DNA of 32,000 bases from Telmatocola sphagniphila (GTDB lineage: Bacteria > Planctomycetota > Planctomycetia > Gemmatales > Gemmataceae): the NCBI RefSeq assembly GCF_018398935.1, contig NZ_CP074694.1, positions 5,190,001 through 5,222,000 on the forward strand. Reading direction: 5' to 3'. The notes beneath the pieces were generated by a model. It saw only the letters and a program-made list of their open reading frames with translations. It did not search any database and had not been told where the DNA came from. The translations under genes were made by a program, and so were the position numbers. Shown one piece after another: positions 24,955-32,000 of this stretch (position 1 is the first letter of the stretch; every line of letters begins with the position of its first letter).

Positions 24955-25827
24955 ATGACACGTTACATGCTTTTAGCGATGTGCCTGCTGTCTGTTCCCT
25001 CGGTTCCCTGGGTTGCTGCTGAGGAAGTGGCCGTCAAAACGGGCGACAAGATCGCATTTCTGGGAGATTCGATTTCCGAGGCCGGGGCGGGACATCCCGG
25101 CGGTTACGTGCAACTGGTGATCAGCGGTTTGAAGGCCAATCAGATCCAGGTGGAAATGATTCCCGCCGGGATCAGCGGTCATAAATCGAACGACATGCTC
25201 GCTCGGCTCGAACGGGATGTACTCAGTAAAAAACCGACCTGGATGACTCTCAGCTGTGGCGTCAACGATGTTTGGCACGGCGCTAATGGCGTTCCCCTGC
25301 CCGCTTACCAGAAAAATATCACCGAGATCGTCGACAAAGCGCAGGCGGCCGGAATCAAGGTAATGATCCTCACGTCCACCCTGATCGGGGAAGACGCCGC
25401 GAATGCCAACAACAAAAAATTGGACCAGTACAACGCCTTTCTTCATGAGTTGGCCAAGGAGAAAAAATGCCTGATCGCCGATTTGAACGCCGACATGAAG
25501 GCCGCTATCAAACCTGCCCCCTCGGGCAAAAAGCCGATTGACCGGCAGTTGACCTCGGACGGCGTCCACATGGGACCCTTGGGCGACCGCCTGATGGCCG
25601 TGGGGATCTTAAAAGGTTTCGGCTTGAATTCGGATCAGCTGAAGAAAGCCAACGATTACTGGCTCGACGTGAAGGACCTGGCACGAGTCGACGCGAATCG
25701 AGCGTTGACCTTGCGCCAGTACGAAAAGCTGTCGGCACTTGCTCACAGCCGGGGTCAGTCGGTCTCGGCGCTCGTTCATGACGCGCTACTTAAAGCGATT
25801 GACGATCTACTGGCTACTTCGCCGTGA
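24955..25827 (+). CDS. Secreted SGNH/GDSL hydrolase with a ribbon-helix-helix-like C-terminal tail
   Basis: A signal peptide is followed by IAFLGDSISEAG (block I, GDS). GISGHKSND, SCGVNDV and the DGVH block are also present. The last ~45 aa (ALTLRQYEKLSALAHSRGQSVSALVHDALLKAIDDLL) follow the strand-helix-helix pattern of CopG/Arc-type RHH modules. Confidence 0.85.
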   Translation: MTRYMLLAMCLLSVPSVPWVAAEEVAVKTGDKIAFLGDSISEAGAGHPGGYVQLVISGLKANQIQVEMIPAGISGHKSNDMLARLERDVLSKKPTWMTLSCGVNDVWHGANGVPLPAYQKNITEIVDKAQAAGIKVMILTSTLIGEDAANANNKKLDQYNAFLHELAKEKKCLIADLNADMKAAIKPAPSGKKPIDRQLTSDGVHMGPLGDRLMAVGILKGFGLNSDQLKKANDYWLDVKDLARVDANRALTLRQYEKLSALAHSRGQSVSALVHDALLKAIDDLLATSP

Positions 25828-25870
25828 GGTTTGCTTCGGAGGGGAGTTGAGGGATCACCCGTCTTATTTA

Positions 25871-26050
25871 CCCGACGCGTGAGCCAGGTCGAGTTAGCCC
25901 GACGCGTGAGCGAGGTCATGTTAACCCGACGCGTAAGCGAGGTCATGTTAACCCGACGCGTAAGCGAGGTCATGTTAGCCCGACGCGTGAGCGAGGTCAT
26001 GTTAACCCGACGCGTAAGCGAGGTCATGTTAACCCGACGCGTAAGCGAGG
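25871..26050. repeat. 27-bp tandem direct repeat, 6 full units plus an 18-nt partial unit
   Basis: The units cccgacgcgt[g/a]agcgaggtcatgtta[a/g] abut head-to-tail at 25871, 25898, 25925, 25952, 25979, 26006 and 26033. The first unit is the most divergent (gagccaggtcgagttag). Confidence 0.95.
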
Positions 26051-26166
26051 GCAATCGTAGTGAATCTTACCCGTTATCGAAACATTGGCTGGTAGGATTT
26101 CGAATCAGCGATCAATTGACATCGACGGGCATGTTTTTCAGTTGATGGGTGTGTATAGGATTCGTG

Positions 26167-26189
26167 CCCTCGCTGACGCGTCGGGCTAA
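26167..26189. repeat. Inverted partial copy of the 27-bp repeat unit
   Basis: ccctcgctgacgcgtcgggctaa is the reverse complement of ttagcccgacgcgtCagcgaggg. That differs by one base from the junction plus unit core of the array. Confidence 0.85.
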
Positions 26190-26706
26190 AAAGTGCTAAC
26201 AGAATGTTTGTTTAGCGGCTGATGGGTGTATATACGACTGGTATGTTTTCGCGAACGTTCACGAGTCGGGAAGGCCGTCGGCATCCATTCGCTTGCCCTG
26301 ACCCATTATTCTGTCTTGTTTTTGCGTGCCAGCTGCTAGCTCCCAGCGCGGCTTCAAGACTCCCAACTTTTATTGCGTTTTCCCTGCCAATTTGTTACAC
26401 TGGACGCAGGGAAGGAGGCTCTTCGCGGGCTTCTTTTACCCCTGGGCGAAAACATCGTTTTTCCCAAGGAATAGCCTAAGGTCATCAAAATCGCGTTTTC
26501 CACTATGTGAAAAATGATGATCTGATGACCTTTACTGGAAAGCCCTTAAAAAATGCTGCCTGGAAGGCCCTGGCAAAACAGGATCAGATCGCCTGTCCCA
26601 CCCCGCGAATCGCCAATAACGATCCGTGAAATTCCTTGAAACGCGTACCCATTTTTTCGAGGTGTCAATCCTGAGCCTTCCCGTGGTCTTCGACAATGCC
26701 TAGTCC

Positions 26707-26738
26707 AATAAAAAAGCCATCCGAAATTTCGGATGGCT
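26707..26738 (-). terminator. Rho-independent terminator of rpsA (also hairpin-forming on the + strand)
   Basis: Perfect palindrome agccatccgaaatttcggatggct at 26715-26738. On the minus strand it is followed by ttttttatt. It lies about 30 nt downstream of the rpsA stop. Confidence 0.85.
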
Positions 26739-26766
26739 TTGCTGTTTTCTAATCCGCTCAGAATGC

Positions 26767-28542
<1,776 letters not shown>

Positions 28543-28934
28543 AAAAAGTTAGGTTTCTCCACCCGCGAGAAGGGGCTGACCTGCCGCGGGAAAACAGGGT
28601 TGGAGGTTCATCCCAAGCGGTTCCGGCGAGCCAACAGCGGCTCACACTGCGGAAAAGTGGGAATCTTTCATTTTAAAAATTCCTTACGGATCGGCTACGG
28701 TACATAACTATTCTGACAAATTATTTCAGGTTCAGCCTTATCCACTCAAATAAGCGATTGGAATTACGCATCTTCGCAGTTTTCTGGCCTCTCCATCTCC
28801 ATGTTGTTAAGGTTCGGAGGAAAAAATTGGCAAATTACAGATCGCTTTGAATCCAAGGGTCGACTGCCAGCGAAAAGTTAGATGTCCTGAACGTCAGGAT
28901 TCAGTCGGCGAATCAAAATCACTTGGGAGTTTCT

Positions 28935-29735
28935 ATGAAAAGGTTCTATCTGGGAGTGGCAGTGTTGACCGGTCTGTTTTTCGCGTTCGTCAACGCTGTG
29001 CAGGCCAAGGACGAGAAGCAAACCTCGGAAAAGACGATTGTCGAAATCGCCGCCGGGAACAAGGATTTCAGCAAGCTGGTCGCTGCGGTAAAAGCAGCGG
29101 CACTGGTCGAGGCGTTAAGTGGCGAAGGCCCTTTCACTGTATTTGCTCCCACCGATAAGGCATTCGAAGCCTTGGGAGAGGAGACTCTGAAGGCCGTTCT
29201 CGCCGACAAGAAGAAGTTAACCGGCATCCTGACCTATCATGTGATCAAGGGAAAGGTCAAGGCCGCGGACGCCTTGGCTCTGGCCAAGGAAGAGAAGTCG
29301 GCCAAAACTTTGAACGGTGCGGAAATCAAACTGTCTATCAAAGACGGTAGCCTCTACCTGAATGGAGACACCAAGGTCATCAAGACGGACATCGTGGGAA
29401 AAAATGGTGTCATTCACGTCATCGATAAGGTGCTGCTTCCCCCCGCCCCAAGCGAGGCCCTACACCATGCCGCTAGAATGATCGAGCAGTCGATTGGTCG
29501 CGGCGTCGCCCTCTACAATGCCGGTTATCATCAGTCCTGTGCGGCCGTCTATCACGAAGCGGCGGTTAGCCTCTTGAAGATGGATAACGTTCTCACCGAG
29601 GAATCGAAAAAGAAGCTGTTAGTGGTTGTGGAATCGGTTAACGGCAGCCACTGCTACACAACCAATGCCTGGGCTCTGCGTCATGCTCTCAACGATATTT
29701 ATCAGCAAATGCCGCCGTTGCAGATGAACCGATAG
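28935..29735 (+). CDS. Secreted fasciclin (FAS1) domain protein with an extra helical C-terminal domain
   Basis: The signal peptide is MKRFYLGVAVLTGLFFAFVNAVQA. FAS1 motifs present: TIVEIAAGNKDFSKLVAAV, FTVFAPTDKAFEAL, LTYHVIKGKV and NGVIHVIDKVLLP. A further ~105 aa of helical sequence with two Cys follows. I prefer the ATG at 28935 to the track's TTG at 28923. Confidence 0.85.
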   Translation: MKRFYLGVAVLTGLFFAFVNAVQAKDEKQTSEKTIVEIAAGNKDFSKLVAAVKAAALVEALSGEGPFTVFAPTDKAFEALGEETLKAVLADKKKLTGILTYHVIKGKVKAADALALAKEEKSAKTLNGAEIKLSIKDGSLYLNGDTKVIKTDIVGKNGVIHVIDKVLLPPAPSEALHHAARMIEQSIGRGVALYNAGYHQSCAAVYHEAAVSLLKMDNVLTEESKKKLLVVVESVNGSHCYTTNAWALRHALNDIYQQMPPLQMNR

Positions 29736-29764
29736 AGCTTTGGACTGGATGCGAATAAAACCCT

Positions 29765-29800
29765 TCCATCCCCTTTCATGGCGATCGGGGATGGATTTTT
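29765..29800 (+). terminator. Rho-independent terminator after the fasciclin gene
   Basis: 9-bp stem tccatcccc / ggggatgga with a 13-nt loop, followed by ttttt. It lies 30 nt after the stop. Confidence 0.65.
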
Positions 29801-29868
29801 GCCGTTCGTAAGGCAGCAAACGCCAATAGCCGGGTAGGTTCCAATCCTCGGGATATCACGGATAGACG

Positions 29869-30459
29869 ATGGAAACGGAAGCAAGCAGCGAAAAATCGGA
29901 TTTGCTGGTCAGAATTGGACAAGGGGACCAGAGTGCCGTCCGATTATTTCTCGATCGGTACGGTGGCTGGATCTATGGTCTGGCCAAGCGCTATACGCGT
30001 CGGCCGGAAGATCTCGAAGATGCCGTGCAGGAGATCTTTCTCCATTTGTGGACCAACGCCCATCGTTTTAATCCCTCCCTCTCCTCCGAGATGACTTTTG
30101 TTACCATGCTGGCCCGGCGACGGTTGATTGATCGGCGGCGGCGAGAAGACCGGACGCCGGTCCTGGACCAATTTCCCGCCGACGTATGTGCTCCAGCCGT
30201 CGAATTATCGACAGTGTTGGAGCATGGGGAGGAAGTGAGTCGGGCCAGAGAGGCTCTCCAGTTTTTGTCGATGGATCAGAGAGAGACTTTGCAGATGGCG
30301 ATATTTCAGGGGATGACTCACGAGGAAATCGCACGAAAAACCAATTCTCCCCTGGGAACGGTGAAGACGCACTTGCGTCGCGGATTGATCCGACTGCGCG
30401 AAGTATTGGATGAAGCAGCGACCGGTCGGCGAGTGATTGCAGAAGGAGGTGCCTCATGA
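29869..30459 (+). CDS. ECF (group 4) RNA polymerase sigma factor
   Basis: 196 aa. Region 2 reads DLEDAVQEIFLHLWTNAHRFNP. The region 4 HTH reads MTHEEIARKTNSPLGTVKTHLRRGLIRLRE. Confidence 0.9.
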   Translation: METEASSEKSDLLVRIGQGDQSAVRLFLDRYGGWIYGLAKRYTRRPEDLEDAVQEIFLHLWTNAHRFNPSLSSEMTFVTMLARRRLIDRRRREDRTPVLDQFPADVCAPAVELSTVLEHGEEVSRAREALQFLSMDQRETLQMAIFQGMTHEEIARKTNSPLGTVKTHLRRGLIRLREVLDEAATGRRVIAEGGAS

Positions 30460-31259
30460 GCACAGCCGATGAAATGCGTTTGATGGATCTGCTGGCCGAC
30501 CGGGCCGTGGGAGAATTGAGTGTCGCCGAACAGGCTGAGTTAGCCGAATTACTGGCCCGGCATCCGGAATTCGATGAAAACTCCCTGGATCAGGCGGCGG
30601 CTCTATTTGCGAGTATTGCTATGCCGGAAACTCACGAGAGCATGCCAGAGGATCTGCGACGCCGGATTGAGGCGCAGGCTAACCGGATTGTACCTGCGAA
30701 TCGTGCGAAAAATTCCCTGGCCTTCCCAAGCTCCGCCGCGCGCGAAACAACTCGATCGCTCTTGGGTCGTTCTCTTTCTTGGGGTGGCTGGATTCTGGCA
30801 GCCGGGTTGTTGATTGGCATTAGCTTCCTGGGCCGCGAAAAAGGAAAGGGAACTTCGGAGAGTGCCGCTCGCAAACTGGAACAATTTCTGGCAACCGAGA
30901 AAGCGTATGTGCGAGCCGATGGGACAGCCCCGGATCTCAAGATTGCCGCCGGAGCCACCGGCTCGATTTATTGGAGCGGCGGTCAACGGCAGGAAGGCTA
31001 CATGAAGTTGAAGGGCGTGCCGGTGAACGATCCTGCGAGTAAGCAATACCAGCTTTGGATTTTCGACAAGGAACGAGATGAACGGTATCCGGTCGATGGC
31101 GGACTCTTCAACGTCGATTCCTCGGGAGAAGTGATCATTCCGATCACCCCGAAAATTCCCGTGAAGGAAGCCACGATGTTTGTGATTACGCGCGAGCCTC
31201 CGGGCGGTGTCGTGGTGTCCGATAGAAAGGAGATTGTTTTGGTGGCTTCGTTGAAGTAG
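30456..31259 (+). CDS. Anti-sigma factor with an RskA-like C-terminal domain
   Basis: Its ATGA start overlaps the sigma gene stop by 4 nt. It has a central TM helix (WGGWILAAGLLIGISFL). The C-terminus YQLWIFDKERDERYPVDGGLFNVDSSGEVIIPI...MFVITREPPGG matches the anti-sigma-K RskA domain pattern. Confidence 0.8.
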   Translation: MSTADEMRLMDLLADRAVGELSVAEQAELAELLARHPEFDENSLDQAAALFASIAMPETHESMPEDLRRRIEAQANRIVPANRAKNSLAFPSSAARETTRSLLGRSLSWGGWILAAGLLIGISFLGREKGKGTSESAARKLEQFLATEKAYVRADGTAPDLKIAAGATGSIYWSGGQRQEGYMKLKGVPVNDPASKQYQLWIFDKERDERYPVDGGLFNVDSSGEVIIPITPKIPVKEATMFVITREPPGGVVVSDRKEIVLVASLK

Positions 31260-31482
31260 CATTTCGATTGACGGGCCTTGCAGATGTTAAAGAGGGCCTG
31301 GATTTTCAATGAAAGTTCGAGCGAGCCGAGGGTGATGAACAACGCGACTTAGTGGGAATCCCCTTCGGAGAACTCGTTCGTCCATTCTTAGTCCGAAGTT
31401 ATCAGAGTTCATAACGAATTCATTGCCTTCCCTTCAATATTTCCATTTCGCTTGATCGGCCATCGGGTAAACTAGTTTCGCG

Positions 31483-32000
31483 ATGGAATTGCCCGCAAAT
31501 ATTTTCGGAATCAGAACCATGCGTTGGATATTCGCCGATCGAAAAGACTCCGAGGAAGCTCGCGAAATTGCAATGCTCGAATCCAAAATAGCGGACTGGT
31601 GGGAAGCCTTCACCAATAAGGCCCCCGAATTCGCGGAGGTATTTCAAGGGAAAGCGAATTGGGATCTTCCGGAGTGGATGATCAAGAATTTGAATCCGAT
31701 CCACGAAGAACTGATGTGGGAATTCGGAGCGGCTGTAAATGGCCCCGGCGATCGCCTGGTCATCACTCCCGAATCCCGCAAAGAGCTTCGACCCTTGGTT
31801 GAGAGCATTATTTCCGAAGCACCCGAGTTGCCCGGCTGGGAATTTTACACCTACCGTCTCGCGGAAGATCTGGCGATGACTGCTGAAACGGTCCGGTCTC
31901 GCGTGGGAACTTCAATCGAAGGCGTGGAAGTGGCCGTGGAGCGAGAAGAAGGCAATCGCATCGCTTTGAAATACGTTTCCGATAAATTTCGCGGGTCGGA
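31483..32000 (+). CDS. Hypothetical protein, partial (3' end runs off the window)
   Basis: Absent from the track because it has no stop. My translation from the ATG at 31483 (alternative ATG at 31519) reads MELPANIFGIRTMRWIFADRKDSEEAREIAMLESKIADWWEAFTNKAPEFAEVFQGKANWDLPEWMIKNLNPIHEELMWEFGAAVNGPGDRLVITPESRKELRPLVESIISEAPELPGWEFYTYRLAEDLAM..., open to position 32000. An in-frame TAA at 31468 bounds it upstream. Confidence 0.5.
   Translation, partial: MELPANIFGIRTMRWIFADRKDSEEAREIAMLESKIADWWEAFTNKAPEFAEVFQGKANWDLPEWMIKNLNPIHEELMWEFGAAVNGPGDRLVITPESRKELRPLVESIISEAPELPGWEFYTYRLAEDLAMTAETVRSRVGTSIEGVEVAVEREEGNRIALKYVSDKFRGS

Noticed and set aside
25871-26050. Possible CRISPR array, given regularly spaced 27-bp repeats
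   Set aside because: The units abut head-to-tail with no unique spacers between them, and no cas genes are in the window. This is a simple tandem repeat.
25776-26145. ORFs 25776-26054 (-) and 25831-26145 (+), encoding the reiterated peptides SLTRRVNMT / RRVSEVMLT
   Set aside because: Both are translation artefacts of the 27-bp (9-codon) tandem repeat. They are open on both strands at once, and the minus-strand ORF overlaps the 3' end of the well-supported SGNH hydrolase gene.
26222-26517. Two overlapping + strand ORFs (85 aa and 63 aa) in the gap next to rpsA
   Set aside because: They overlap each other in different frames, have odd composition (Cys/Phe/Arg-rich) and show no start context. 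The region is treated as non-coding or unknown.
31420-31704. 94-aa - strand ORF
   Set aside because: A + strand ORF that is open from 31483 to the window end covers the same region, with more protein-like composition. The minus-strand ORF is probably its shadow.

Overview
32 kb chromosomal segment, most consistent by eye with a Planctomycetota genome. Support: a DUF1559-type prepilin-like protein, a DUF1573-like protein, several twin-arginine signal peptides, an ECF sigma / RskA-type anti-sigma pair, an S46 peptidase, and the housekeeping gene rpsA. No database search was possible, so every family call rests on motifs I read in the translations.

Main content, in order:
- (i) At the left edge, a two-gene overlapping cassette whose distal, truncated ORF carries a HEPN-type RNxxAH motif.
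- (ii) Small secreted proteins and lipoproteins, an orphan zf-HC2 anti-sigma-like protein, and a zinc-ribbon/HExxH metallopeptidase-like protein.
- (iii) A compact co-directional lipid/polyketide-like operon: hotdog dehydratase, FabG-type ketoreductase, an acyl carrier protein (ACP) with an insertion, a second hotdog dehydratase, a catalytically degenerate ketosynthase (KS), and an intact FabF-like KS. No enoyl reductase, acyltransferase or FabH is in the window. An alpha/beta hydrolase follows.
- (iv) Two perfect heptanucleotide arrays in front of a membrane-anchored protein gene.
- (v) Housekeeping and peripheral genes: a Tat-signal protein, an S46 dipeptidyl-peptidase, a threonine-dehydrogenase-like (TDH-like) epimerase/dehydratase, a Tat-signal ankyrin protein, and an Rrf2/NsrR-like regulator.
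- (vi) A visibly AT-richer island encoding a 10-Cys secreted protein and two tandem paralogs whose last 254 nt are identical. A DUF1573-like and a DUF1559 pseudopilin-like gene follow immediately downstream.
- (vii) An SGNH hydrolase with a ribbon-helix-helix-like (RHH-like) tail, then a 27-bp tandem repeat array inside a roughly 0.9 kb gap with no convincing ORF.
- (viii) rpsA, a fasciclin-domain protein, an ECF sigma/anti-sigma pair, and a partial ORF at the right edge.

The best candidates for an undescribed system are the enoyl-reductase-less KS / degenerate-KS cassette and the AT-rich secreted-protein island.
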